A stretch of DNA of 64,000 nt from an uncultured Thermoplasmata archaeon (GTDB lineage Archaea; Thermoplasmatota; Thermoplasmata; UBA10834): NCBI GenBank assembly GCA_963748615.1, contig CAVVJQ010000003.1, positions 97,082 to 161,081 on the forward strand, read 5' to 3'. The position numbers and the translations under genes were made by a program. Below, one piece after another: positions 49,266-63,349 of the stretch. Each line of letters opens with the position of its first letter. Within the stretch, counting starts at the first letter, position 1. Below the pieces are notes generated by a model that searched no databases, was not told the DNA's origin, and saw only the letters and a list, made by a program, of their open reading frames with translations.

Positions 49266-50216
49266 CTAGGCCTTCACTACACCACGGATGTAAACCTCAA
49301 AGACGAGCGTCCGTCCCGCAATCTCACCGTTGTATCCGACCTCGCTGTTGCTCCAATGGACCTGGAATGTGCCTGCGCTTTCATTATATCCAGACACGAT
49401 GAAGATTGAACCATCATATGTCACGCCCTTGACATCGTACACATCGGACTCCGTGATGTCGTGGTGGACTACTATCTTCCCGATACCATCTTCAGCTGCA
49501 GGGTCGTATGACACAACAGTGCACGCCCATCCCGATGGAGTGAATTCGTCCCCAGGGTTCCCGAACGGATAGACCACCTGGCCAACACTCGGGGCATGCT
49601 TGTAGGTCACCATGCCGTATTCATCTGATATGACCAGGACATCCCAACCCCATTCATAGTGAGTCACATAGCTGAACGGGGTCGCTGACGTGCCGAAGAG
49701 TTCTGAGAAATCATCCGAGGATATCGTCTCCACGATCGGTATCTCCTGATAGAGGCTGATGTTGCTCACCATAGTGGGATTGACAGCGTAGGCATCCTCG
49801 GGCGCAATCACAATGGTTCTGACATCGTGGGCCTTCAAACCTATGACACCCATGGCGAATCCCTTGATTGTTCCGCCGGACTCGCCATACAAACCAGCGG
49901 TCATTTCGAAGGGAGAATACGACGATTCCTCTCTCGGAGAGAATGTGAGTGATTTCGGATAGCTCGTGTCGTTCGAGGCCACGTTGTAGAGGCTCGTATC
50001 GAAGACCCTGCCATCTTCGAACATGCCGATATAGTCGAGATAGACCGTGTCCCCCTCCTCAGCTATGTAGGTTTGCGCTGCGTCCGCGGCCTGGGAGTTG
50101 TCGTATATCACATATCCAATCAGACCTATGGATACAACGATGAGCGCTGTCAGTACGGCCAAAACCATGCCCAGCTGGTCTCTGGGCTTGCGTGGTGGCT
50201 CGGTCTCGCTTGCCAT
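49266..50216 (-). CDS. Membrane-anchored FKBP-type peptidyl-prolyl isomerase
   Basis: N-terminal TM; GDTVYLDYIG, GRVFDTS, IKGF, PEDAY and AGRTLVFEV with a long insertion. Confidence 0.85.
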   Translation of the reverse strand: MASETEPPRKPRDQLGMVLAVLTALIVVSIGLIGYVIYDNSQAADAAQTYIAEEGDTVYLDYIGMFEDGRVFDTSLYNVASNDTSYPKSLTFSPREESSYSPFEMTAGLYGESGGTIKGFAMGVIGLKAHDVRTIVIAPEDAYAVNPTMVSNISLYQEIPIVETISSDDFSELFGTSATPFSYVTHYEWGWDVLVISDEYGMVTYKHAPSVGQVVYPFGNPGDEFTPSGWACTVVSYDPAAEDGIGKIVVHHDITESDVYDVKGVTYDGSIFIVSGYNESAGTFQVHWSNSEVGYNGEIAGRTLVFEVYIRGVVKA

Positions 50217-50301
50217 CTCAAATCCTGAATCGCGGTTATGGCCTGGCCCGATATAAAGCTTATCTTGCGATCCGCAAGACTTACTGAAGGGCATTTGGTC
50301 G

Positions 50302-50577
50302 TCATCCACCTGAGATCGGCGGGAACAAGGATACTTCATCATCATCGGTCAGGGGGGTGTCCATCCCTTTCAGCTGACGGATATTCTGGCCATTCACCAA
50401 TATCACGAGAGAATCTGATATGGCATCAAGGTCGTTACCCGCAGTAACTGTGGTGAGACCATAGTTCATTGACAGGTGCGAGATCAGAGAGCCGAGATCA
50501 TCGACATTCAAGCTGATCGATGCAATCCCTGCAGCCTCACGCAAGGTAGCGAAGAACTTGACATTGACTCGGACCAA
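50302..50577 (-). CDS. MoaD/ThiS-family ubiquitin-like protein (SAMP-like)
   Basis: VKFFATLRE, ILVNG and FPPISGG C-terminal diglycine; TTG start. Confidence 0.9.
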   Translation of the reverse strand: MVRVNVKFFATLREAAGIASISLNVDDLGSLISHLSMNYGLTTVTAGNDLDAISDSLVILVNGQNIRQLKGMDTPLTDDDEVSLFPPISGG

Positions 50578-51013
50578 TTTGCGATACCCCGCATCGCCGC
50601 ATATGCGATGCTCCATAGTAAATACATCCATGTGAAAGCACATGGGTGACCAATCAGCGGGCAGATGTGCCCGCCTAGAACGACCAGGATGACCATGCAT
50701 TTGCTTCATACATGACAATCGGAATAACCGTCGGGAAACAAAGGACATTCGTGGAGATGGAGAAGAACTCGAGCGCTCGCGACGAGAGAGCAGCGAAGAT
50801 CTCGTGGAAGACACTATTGCGACATAGGATCGTTCATGAAAGAAGTACCTTTTTGGTGACAATCAAGCATATGTATTGAAATAACATTCCCCTTTTTGAT
50901 ACATTGTCCACCCTCTGATCGATCGATTCGAGGATTATGCAGACAAGCGGCATCGAACCGGCACAATTGATATTTGATTGCATGTGCTAGGACCACTTGT
51001 AAGCGGGGGGAGA

Positions 51014-53452
51014 TTGGACTTGTCTAGTTCGAGAAAGGGGTCGGTTCGAATCAAGGGCATGCATTGTGCAACGTGCGTGGACACAGTGCGAGAATCCATG
51101 GAATCTCTGGAAGGAGTTGACGACATCTCAGTCAACCTGGCGACCGAGAAAGCTACCTTCCGATTTGACCCAGATAGGATTTCGATGGAAGATATTGTCA
51201 ACGCAGTCAGATCAACGGGGTACGATATCGCACGGGACGAATCGACCCTCACGATTGGTGGCATGCATTGCGCCACATGCGCGCTCACTATCAAGGAGAG
51301 TCTGGAAGAGGTTCCAGGGGTGAAAGAGGCAAAGGTCAATTTCGCCCTCGGGAAGGCGACGGTGGACTACGATTCCACATTGGCGTCAAGATCCATGCTG
51401 GCAGCAGCGGTTGAGAAGGCCGGATACAAAGTCCTCGAGATAGAGGGGGTCATGGCCGAAAGGCTGGCGAGGAGAGCAGAGTTGAATGCCGTGATGAGGG
51501 ACCTCATCATAGCGCTGGCATTCGTGATCCCGGTCGCATCGATCACCATGACGTACTCGTTCTGGTCAGACCTTATGACTACAGACATCAGGAATTACAT
51601 CCTGTTGATCCTTGCTGCTCCAGTCCAGTTCTTCGCGGGATTCAGGTACTACAAGGGTGCCTACAGGGCGACCTTGAATAAGAGGGCTAACATGGACACA
51701 TTAGTGGTCCTTGGGACCAGCTCCGCATTCATATACAGTCTGATAGTCACACTCAGTCCAGATTTGGTGAGCACGCCCGATGTTTACTTCGACACTTCGG
51801 CAGTGATAATCAGTCTGGTCCTTGCAGGGAAGTATCTCGAACTAAGGTCCAGAGGTTCCACATCAGAGGCGATAATGAAACTCATGGACCTCCAACCATC
51901 CACAGCAGTGACGATAAGGGATGGCGCTGAAACACAAGTCAGCATCGATGAGATCAAAGAAGGAGACCTGGTCTTGGTGAAGCCAGGTGAGAGAATGCCG
52001 ATAGATGGCATGGTCCAATCAGGACTTTCATCTGTGGACGAATCCATGGTAACTGGCGAATCGATACCGCAAGAGAAGGTCGAGGGGGCCGAAGTCATTG
52101 GTGGAACAGTCAACATATCAGGAATGTTGAAGGTGAAGGCCACTCGCATCGGCAGGAATACGACCTTGGCCCAGATAGTGAAGCTTGTCGAGGATGCGCA
52201 GAGCTCGAAAGCGCCGATAGAGAGGTATGCTGACAAGATCGCAGGATACTTCGTGCCAGCGGTACTGATAGTCGCAGTATCCACATTCATCTTCTGGTAC
52301 TACCTGGGATCCGAGATATGGGATGTTGGAGACGCACTGTCATTCTCCCTCACCGCGTTCGTGGCGGTGCTCGTGATCGCATGCCCATGTGCATTGGGGC
52401 TCGCAACTCCCACAGCCATCGTCGTCGGCACAGGCAGGGGCGCGCAGCTGGGAGTGCTGATAAAGGATGCCGATGCTCTGGAGACCGCTGGAAAACTCAC
52501 CACCCTGATATTCGATAAGACGGGTACGCTTACCATTGGCGAACCGAAGGTCGTGAAGTTGATTCTTGGAGATGCGCACGACGAGCGAGAGCTGCTCCAC
52601 TACGCTGGAAGCGCGGAGAGGGGTTCTGAGCATGTCCTGTCCGGCGCGGTGATAGAAGCCGCTCGCGAAGCTGGCATCGTTCTAGACGAACCCGAAACGT
52701 CAACTGTAGTGCCAGGCGAAGGGGTGACTTCGGTCGTGAAGGGCGTGACCATCCATGTCGGTAACAGGAAGATGGCAGCGCGGCTGATGCCTACATCATC
52801 CAACCTTGACCAATCCATCTCCCAGATGGAGGATGAGGGCATGACCGTCATGGTCTGCATCGCTGAGAACAAGGTGTTGGGAGCCATAGGAGTCGCCGAT
52901 ACTCTGAAGGCAGGAACGGAAGAGGTGGTCCGCACACTCATGGACATGGGACTGAAGGTGGTGATGCTCACAGGAGACAATGAGAGGACCGCCAGAGCAA
53001 TCGCCGCTAGAGCAGGGATACATGATTTCAGAGCACAACTCCTGCCAAAGGACAAGGCATCCGTCATACGATCGTATCAGGAGGTCGGAGAGATCGTCGC
53101 GATGGTAGGCGATGGGATAAATGATGCACCCGCACTTGCACAAGCAGATATTGGGATTGCCATCGGGAGCGGGACCGACATCGCCCTCGAGTCTGGCAAT
53201 ATCGTTCTCGTCCGAGACGATCTGAAAGGGGTTTCCACGGCAATACGGCTCAGCCGGCGCACTTTCCGCAAGATCAGAGAGAACCTGTTCTGGGCACTCA
53301 TCTACAACACGGCATCGATACCCATAGCAGCAGGGATACTCTATCCATTCACTGATTGGCTTCTAAGTCCGATGATAGCAGCCGGAGCCATGGCGTTCAG
53401 TTCGGTCTCGGTCGTGGCGAACGCATCCTTGCTGAGGAGATTCAGACCTTGA
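51014..53452 (+). CDS. copA: Copper-translocating P1B-type ATPase
   Basis: Two GMHCATC metal-binding domains, TGES, CPC, DKTGT, GDGIND, YN and MAFSS. Confidence 0.95.
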   Translation: MDLSSSRKGSVRIKGMHCATCVDTVRESMESLEGVDDISVNLATEKATFRFDPDRISMEDIVNAVRSTGYDIARDESTLTIGGMHCATCALTIKESLEEVPGVKEAKVNFALGKATVDYDSTLASRSMLAAAVEKAGYKVLEIEGVMAERLARRAELNAVMRDLIIALAFVIPVASITMTYSFWSDLMTTDIRNYILLILAAPVQFFAGFRYYKGAYRATLNKRANMDTLVVLGTSSAFIYSLIVTLSPDLVSTPDVYFDTSAVIISLVLAGKYLELRSRGSTSEAIMKLMDLQPSTAVTIRDGAETQVSIDEIKEGDLVLVKPGERMPIDGMVQSGLSSVDESMVTGESIPQEKVEGAEVIGGTVNISGMLKVKATRIGRNTTLAQIVKLVEDAQSSKAPIERYADKIAGYFVPAVLIVAVSTFIFWYYLGSEIWDVGDALSFSLTAFVAVLVIACPCALGLATPTAIVVGTGRGAQLGVLIKDADALETAGKLTTLIFDKTGTLTIGEPKVVKLILGDAHDERELLHYAGSAERGSEHVLSGAVIEAAREAGIVLDEPETSTVVPGEGVTSVVKGVTIHVGNRKMAARLMPTSSNLDQSISQMEDEGMTVMVCIAENKVLGAIGVADTLKAGTEEVVRTLMDMGLKVVMLTGDNERTARAIAARAGIHDFRAQLLPKDKASVIRSYQEVGEIVAMVGDGINDAPALAQADIGIAIGSGTDIALESGNIVLVRDDLKGVSTAIRLSRRTFRKIRENLFWALIYNTASIPIAAGILYPFTDWLLSPMIAAGAMAFSSVSVVANASLLRRFRP

Positions 53453-53658
53453 CAATGATCCATCGGACAAGTGCATGATCGATGCGTTTGCCTCGCATGG
53501 CACGAACTCATTATAGATATCTAAAGGGAAAAGGTTATGTTCAGGCGACCCGATAACAACTGCCAATCGTCCAGGTATGCGGGCATCACACAGATGGTTC
53601 GAATGGTCTATGCCCGTACCCCAACGACCCGGTCGACACCCCCGTCGGAAGTGGTCTA

Positions 53659-55887
53659 ATGTTTGGGAAAAAGATGCACAAGGGATTTCTAGTTGAGCCA
53701 GATGGCCGACTTCTGAAGGAGTTCGTATTCAGCACAAAGGCAGATATCCGCTATGATGATGTCAAGAAGGCCATCAAGGACAAGGGAGACATTGCGGCCA
53801 TTGGAGCTTTCGAGGTCGACAGACTCGTCGGCACGGTCATAAGAGGCCAGAAACTCCATTTCATACTCGTGGGAAAGGATCTGGCAGAGGACGATGAGAC
53901 GGGGTTCATAAAAGAGATGCTCAACTCGGTCGAAGGCACATTCGATGCGGCGATAGAGACCAGAAGCAAGGCAGCTCTTGAGGCCGAGCAGAAGGCCAAG
54001 GATGAACGGGCGAGCGCTCAGGAAGCCGTAAAGGTTATGGATGCTGAGAAGACCGCCCATGCCCAGGAGATCGAGGAACTCGAGAATCTCAGGAACGAAC
54101 TCTCGAAGTATCAACAGGACACTGAATCATGGCAGAAGGAGCTTGAGGAGTTCGAGGTAGAGGTCTCGGACAGACATTCCCAGATAAACGAGAGGGTCAC
54201 ACTACTATTGGAGAGGGAGCAGAACCTCAACCGCAGCAAACAGTCGTTCGAGGCGGCAGCAGATGCCAAGCGAGGCCTGATGAGATCACTGCAGGTAGGC
54301 ATTGGACAATCGATAAACGAGTACGAGATCGGTTATGGACGGTTGGTGAAGGAGAGACTCGGATTCGAAGAGAGTCAGAAGAGGTTCGACGAGGAGATGG
54401 AGAGCTTCGAACAGGCCAAGACCGAGTGGCAGAAAGAGGTCGAGGAGACCAAGGTGCGTCTTGAGAGCCTTGACAGGGATCGGAAGCAGATTGAGGCCGA
54501 ACGCGAAGAGGTCGATGCCAAGGAACGCTCTCTTAAGCAGCTGCAATCCAGCCTGGAGGCGCGGAAGATGGACCTGGACCATTCGACCTCCGCTCTGGAG
54601 GAAGAGAGGAGAGCATTCGTAGTCGAGACGGAGAACCTCAGGGCAGATTTGACGGACATGGATGTCAACCTCAGAGAAAGGGAGGAGAAGATATCCCGAG
54701 CAGAAGAGGACCTCAAAGCACGACAAGAGGAATCCCAGAGGTCTGCTGATGAGCTGGAGCAGAGGAAATCCTCCTTCGAATCGGTGGAGCAGGAATTCAA
54801 GGATAAGATTGCCAACATAGAAGAGAGGGAGCGGGAACTGGCCTCAGAGAAAGAGGAATTGGAGAAGAGGAGAGCGGAGATCGACTCCAGTGCCGAATCA
54901 CAGCAGGCAGAACTATCCAAATTACTCGGCAACATAGGCAAGGAGAACGAGGACCTCAAGAAGAGGACCGAGGAACTCGACTCTATACAAGCCGCCTTGA
55001 CCGAACGAGAAGAAGGCGTTCAGGAGTCCGAAACGCGCATCGAATCAATGCTCAGAGACCTGGACAAGAGAGAGAAGGAAAACCAGAAAAGGGAGGCGAA
55101 GCTCAGCGAATCGCTATCAGGTCATGAGGAGGCCGTCCAGAGCATGTTGGACCGCGAATCGGCGATAACTGATAAGGAACGGACTCTGGCGGCAAAAGAG
55201 GGCGAAAGCGAAGAGCTCAAGGCGAAACTCGAGACCGAATCCGCCGAAATCGCCAGACAGAGGATGGAGCTGGAATCGATCAGAACCGAGATAGACAAGA
55301 AGACGAGCGATTTCGAAGAGCGTGAGAGGCTCATCGAGGAACGCGAGCAAAGGGTCGAAGGGGACAGAGCCGAGATGGATAAGATGGTGGAGGAGCAGAA
55401 GGCCACCAAACTGGACCTCGATTCCAAGCTTCAGACGCTCGCGGACCGCGAGAGCAACCTAGGACTGGAAGTAGACCAGACGAAGACCCAAGTGGAAGAT
55501 GAGATGAAGCGACTCGATGCCGAGCGCAAACATGTCTCCGAGAGGATGGCCGAGATGGAAGAGAAGGAACGGAATATCCAGGAGAGGATGGATTCCTTCG
55601 ATCAGCGCGAGGAGCAGCTAAGGGCAAGAGAGCAGGCATTCGAGGAGAAGACGCGGGAGATGGACGAGCGCAGAGAGCATATGGCAGAGGAGATGGAGAA
55701 GATAGAGCTCGAGAAGACCAAGACGGCGAAGATGAGAGAGACCATCGAACGCAGGAAGCAGGTCATCGGGGACCAGGTAGACAGCATCTCAGAGATCACC
55801 AAGAAGCTCGAGGAGATTAGGAGCCGAGCGAAGAGAAGGGCGGATGCCCAAGGCGAACCTGTGGATAAGAAGACTGAAGCAGAATGA
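53659..55887 (+). CDS. Long coiled-coil protein with a small N-terminal alpha/beta (longin-like?) domain
   Basis: About 650 aa of E/K/R-rich heptads with no Walker motifs and no TM helix; N-terminal GFLVEPDGRLL...VIRGQKLHFILV. Confidence 0.8.
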   Translation: MFGKKMHKGFLVEPDGRLLKEFVFSTKADIRYDDVKKAIKDKGDIAAIGAFEVDRLVGTVIRGQKLHFILVGKDLAEDDETGFIKEMLNSVEGTFDAAIETRSKAALEAEQKAKDERASAQEAVKVMDAEKTAHAQEIEELENLRNELSKYQQDTESWQKELEEFEVEVSDRHSQINERVTLLLEREQNLNRSKQSFEAAADAKRGLMRSLQVGIGQSINEYEIGYGRLVKERLGFEESQKRFDEEMESFEQAKTEWQKEVEETKVRLESLDRDRKQIEAEREEVDAKERSLKQLQSSLEARKMDLDHSTSALEEERRAFVVETENLRADLTDMDVNLREREEKISRAEEDLKARQEESQRSADELEQRKSSFESVEQEFKDKIANIEERERELASEKEELEKRRAEIDSSAESQQAELSKLLGNIGKENEDLKKRTEELDSIQAALTEREEGVQESETRIESMLRDLDKREKENQKREAKLSESLSGHEEAVQSMLDRESAITDKERTLAAKEGESEELKAKLETESAEIARQRMELESIRTEIDKKTSDFEERERLIEEREQRVEGDRAEMDKMVEEQKATKLDLDSKLQTLADRESNLGLEVDQTKTQVEDEMKRLDAERKHVSERMAEMEEKERNIQERMDSFDQREEQLRAREQAFEEKTREMDERREHMAEEMEKIELEKTKTAKMRETIERRKQVIGDQVDSISEITKKLEEIRSRAKRRADAQGEPVDKKTEAE

Positions 55888-55933
55888 GACATACCCTCCA
55901 TCAAATCGTCAAAGGCCTGCAATAGATAATCAT

Positions 55934-56665
55934 CTAGGCGAGACTGGGCCAACCGTGCTCAAGAGTCTGCGCGACTTTTTCAAATGGCCTCCGGAATAGA
56001 GGCTTCGACCGGACAGAACTACGCAGATGCTTGGCCACGTATGGTCTGACACTCTCGAGAGATTCCAAACCACTCGCGTCTTCGTATCCTTCAAGCATTG
56101 TGAAGCATAGGTCGAACTTTATAGGCGTGAAGAACGGCTCGCTGCCAAGTATGGAAGCGGCCATCTGACCCAGATCATCCAATGGTTCCCCAGGAGACGC
56201 ATCTTCGAGATCGAAACCGAATATACGATCATCTTGCATGATGAAATTCTGAAGGGTGGCATCCGCCATCACAAGTGGCCGACCGAAGCTCTCGAGACGA
56301 TCGTGGAATGTCGCAAACCATCGACCCAATCCTGCGGCAGCATCATGGCTGAACATGTGGTTTATCAGCAGATCACATGATTCACCAGTGACGAACTCCG
56401 TGATCAAATAATGCTGGTCCATGTAGAGTGGGTAGGGCACATCGACCCCTGCCTTCTTCGCCAACAGCATGGTCTCGAACTCCACGGGCGAGCGGCCTGA
56501 AAAAGAACGCTTCATGACTACCGGCCGCACATCGGTCTCGACGAACCAGACCCGGTTCCTATTGCTCGGGACGATCCTGGACCTCGTGACAACTACTCTC
56601 TGATTCAATGCTTTCTTAAGGACTTCCATGCCCAGTGAGTCTATGGAGGTATGGTCCGAAGACAT
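55934..56665 (-). CDS. Protein kinase-like/phosphotransferase-fold protein
   Basis: VVMK, ITEFVTG, catalytic ADATLQNF, FDLE and DDLG. Confidence 0.78.
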   Translation of the reverse strand: MSSDHTSIDSLGMEVLKKALNQRVVVTRSRIVPSNRNRVWFVETDVRPVVMKRSFSGRSPVEFETMLLAKKAGVDVPYPLYMDQHYLITEFVTGESCDLLINHMFSHDAAAGLGRWFATFHDRLESFGRPLVMADATLQNFIMQDDRIFGFDLEDASPGEPLDDLGQMAASILGSEPFFTPIKFDLCFTMLEGYEDASGLESLESVRPYVAKHLRSSVRSKPLFRRPFEKVAQTLEHGWPSLA

Positions 56666-56712
56666 CGCTCACACTACCCATTTCCAATGATAAGAATCCT
56701 TTCCCCGAGTTC

Positions 56713-57642
56713 TCACAACGGGGAGAGTAAGGAGTTTCTGGAAGCGGGTGATCCACCTTTCCTCCAGGAGACCGAGTCCTCTCTCAGGACATCCATCAGA
56801 TCCTTGGTTATCCGGAGCGCCTCGTCGACATCGTTGGCTTTCAGGCTATTCATGGCAGCCTTCATGCGCAGGACATAGTCTGAGACCTCGACCCCTGCAG
56901 CCTTCGCATCCATGAGATACTCTCTGGCTCTGGCCAGTTCGGACCTCACCAGCGATGGTATGTTCGGGGTCATGACCTCTTCCGTCTGTCTCGCAAGGGC
57001 AGAGACCAGCGTCCAATTGCCTTCCCTGCAGGCCTCCCATGCATTGCCTATCAGCCTCCGTGCCCTCGAGGTGTCCGTGCCCAGAGAGCTGATGTCTGAG
57101 ATCAGGCGCTCGATCTCCTCGAGAAGCCGAGCCGAACCAGCAAATCCGTTCAGAGCCTCCTGGTAGAGGAGTTCTCGTGCCCGAACACGTGTCTTCATCA
57201 TGCCGAACAGGTCGAACTTCTCCGGTCGGACGAACTCCTCACGGATCATCGGAGGGGCGTCTGATGGCTTCTCATCCGCTTCCGCGGTCTCATCCGAAGA
57301 CGATAGCGGGCCGTCTGCGAATATAGCACCGCAGAACGGACAGTATGGATCAGAATCCCTCACCATCATGTCGCACTCGGTGCATTGATACTGCACGCAC
57401 TCGTCTTCTGAGACCGATGCAGGCACTAGCAGTTCAGGCGAGAGGGTTGCTTGCTTCTGCGCCAAGCTCGGGCTGGAGGTCTCCCTCGGACCGAACTCAC
57501 CGGACACATCACGCAACTTCAGGTCCTGGTTCCGAACGATCCTCTGAAGCTTTCGCCTTTGCTTATTGAGCGAAGCACCATCATCGAAGGACCCGACTGC
57601 AGTCCGCGTCCTGGATCCCTCTCTGCTATCATTTCGGGACAT
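56713..57642 (-). CDS. Zinc-ribbon plus helical-repeat hypothetical protein
   Basis: CTEC...CPFCG; two helical repeats (LGTDTSRARRLI..A; AGVEVSDYVLRM..A). Confidence 0.7.
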   Translation of the reverse strand: MSRNDSREGSRTRTAVGSFDDGASLNKQRRKLQRIVRNQDLKLRDVSGEFGPRETSSPSLAQKQATLSPELLVPASVSEDECVQYQCTECDMMVRDSDPYCPFCGAIFADGPLSSSDETAEADEKPSDAPPMIREEFVRPEKFDLFGMMKTRVRARELLYQEALNGFAGSARLLEEIERLISDISSLGTDTSRARRLIGNAWEACREGNWTLVSALARQTEEVMTPNIPSLVRSELARAREYLMDAKAAGVEVSDYVLRMKAAMNSLKANDVDEALRITKDLMDVLREDSVSWRKGGSPASRNSLLSPL

Positions 57643-57770
57643 CTCGTGTTCACTCCGCTAGCAATAACCTGCACCTATTAATGTGTCAATTTCGAGTATT
57701 TGAATCCGCGCGTCTGGCTATCAGCGACTGCAAGCGATGATATGCATGGCGAGGTGCCCGAGAGATGTGA

Positions 57771-61495
<3,725 letters not shown>

Positions 61496-61622
61496 TCCAC
61501 TCCGGGGCTGAATCCAAATCCATCACCGTCGGAATATACGTTTCCATAGAGTCCTAGATCACGTGCTCATGCGTTGGGGTTTTATGCCACTTCGACAATG
61601 TCGCAATCAAGGGGGAGTTTAG

Positions 61623-62579
61623 CTGAAGATACAGAAGCCGCCGAAACTAAAGAAGAATTCTACCGTGGCAGTCATATCGCCTTCCAGCAACCCAGACCAC
61701 TTCGGAATACATACGGGCGTGGAACTGCTCAGGAAGATGGGACTGAAGGTCAAGCTTGGAGACACCACGAGGAAATTGCTCAGCGTCAGAACGCTGGCAG
61801 CGGACGATAAGGCCAGAGCAGATGACTTCAACTGGGCGTTCGAGGACGATTCCATAGATGGGGTGCTCTGCGCGACTGGTGGCTATGGTTCGATGAGGAT
61901 ACTGGACATGATCGATTTCGACATGATCAAGGACCATCCAAAGGTGTTCATGGGATTCAGTGACATCACTGCTTACCATACCGCACTGAACCAATTATGC
62001 GGAATGATCACATTCCATGGCCCTCTAGTAGATATATGGCCTGCCAAAGGAGAAGAGTTCGTCAAGGCCCAGTCAGAGGATCTGAAGACCTCCATCAGGG
62101 TAATGATGGGGCAGGAAGAGCTCCAGGTAATCAAGAACCCGCCAAAGGGCATGATGATGATGACGATTGGGGAGGGCAAGGCCACTGGAAGACTGTGCGG
62201 TGGGAATCTGACGCTGGTGTGTGGCATCCTCGGGAGCAAATACGAGCTCGATACCAAGGACAAGATCCTGCTCCTCGAAGAGGTCGGTGAGACCTATTAT
62301 CACATCGAGTACCACCTGACTCAGCTCAGATTGTGCAAGAAGATCGAGGACGCCAGGGCGATAATCATAGGCGAGATCTCAGACATGAGGAAGCCGGACG
62401 AACCATACCCCAGCGTTGAGGAGATAGTCAGGGAGCGAATAGGAGGCGTGAACAGACCAGCCATATGGGGCCTCTGCTCAGGCCATGGCATGTACAATGC
62501 ACCCCTGCCGTTGAATGCCAAGATAGCCATCGACGCGACCGAGAGGGAGATCCGCGTCCTAGAGTCCGTCGTGGATTGA
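61623..62579 (+). CDS. S66-family LD-carboxypeptidase/MccF-like peptidase
   Basis: GGYG, GFSDIT, GGNL, LEE and GH motifs. The family-like N-terminus KPPKLKKNSTVAVISPS implies a CTG start at 61623. Confidence 0.9.
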   Translation: MKIQKPPKLKKNSTVAVISPSSNPDHFGIHTGVELLRKMGLKVKLGDTTRKLLSVRTLAADDKARADDFNWAFEDDSIDGVLCATGGYGSMRILDMIDFDMIKDHPKVFMGFSDITAYHTALNQLCGMITFHGPLVDIWPAKGEEFVKAQSEDLKTSIRVMMGQEELQVIKNPPKGMMMMTIGEGKATGRLCGGNLTLVCGILGSKYELDTKDKILLLEEVGETYYHIEYHLTQLRLCKKIEDARAIIIGEISDMRKPDEPYPSVEEIVRERIGGVNRPAIWGLCSGHGMYNAPLPLNAKIAIDATEREIRVLESVVD

Positions 62580-62677
62580 ACGAAACCACAACTTATGTTT
62601 TTGTTTTTCATTCATACTGGCGTGACTTATGTATTCATTTCTTATACCACACATGATATATCCGTACCAATGATGAT

Positions 62678-63268
62678 ATGAATAACACGATTTCAAGGGA
62701 ATTCATAAGGGTACTGGCCAAGAAAGGCAGAATAGAAATAATTCGAACCTTGAGGGCACATCATGATCACCGGTTCAGTATCAACGAACTCTCGAGAACC
62801 TCCGGAATTCCGACCATGACCGTGTGGAGAGCGGTCGATGAACTGAAGGGGCTAGGATTGATCAAGACAAGAACGGTGGGAAATTCCACTTCGGTGAGGC
62901 TAACAGACGATAGGGAGAAACTCCGACCGTTGAAGATCCTACCAGATGCGGACCCCCACAAAGATGCTGCTAGGTCGTATTCGTTGATGATGAGCAGATA
63001 CGATTGGTTGGAGGAATGCAGACTGTTTGGAACCGTCGGAAGAGGGGAACATGGACCTGGAGAAGAGGTTGATATCGCAGTGGTTTTCGATGATGATAAG
63101 GTCACGGAACAGCAGGCGAAGGAGGCGGCCATGAGCCTATCAGATGAAGTGAAGGGTAGACTCAACATAACCGTGATTCCACTCTGCGTGGCGAAGAGGG
63201 ACATGTCGAGAAAGGGTGGCCTCGCAGCCGAACTCAGGGAGAAGGAGACCATTTGGAAAAGGCGGTAA
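62678..63268 (+). CDS. wHTH plus minimal nucleotidyltransferase-like domain protein
   Basis: SINELSRTSGIPTMTVWRAVDELKGLGLI wHTH; LFGTVGRGE...EVDIAVV. Confidence 0.8.
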   Translation: MNNTISREFIRVLAKKGRIEIIRTLRAHHDHRFSINELSRTSGIPTMTVWRAVDELKGLGLIKTRTVGNSTSVRLTDDREKLRPLKILPDADPHKDAARSYSLMMSRYDWLEECRLFGTVGRGEHGPGEEVDIAVVFDDDKVTEQQAKEAAMSLSDEVKGRLNITVIPLCVAKRDMSRKGGLAAELREKETIWKRR

Positions 63269-63349
63269 TGACCCTATAGTAGACCTTACCTGCAAGAGAT
63301 TCAAAATATACCGACAAACGCCATCTTACAGAGGAACGGAGGAAGGGAT

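Noticed and set aside
50578-50862. N-terminal extension of the MoaD/SAMP ORF
   Set aside because: The sequence is not protein-like; the ubiquitin fold begins at TTG 50577 after a GGGGT SD-like site.
53659-55887. SMC/Rad50 chromosome segregation ATPase
   Set aside because: No Walker A/B, signature motif, hinge or zinc hook; the resemblance is only coiled-coil composition.
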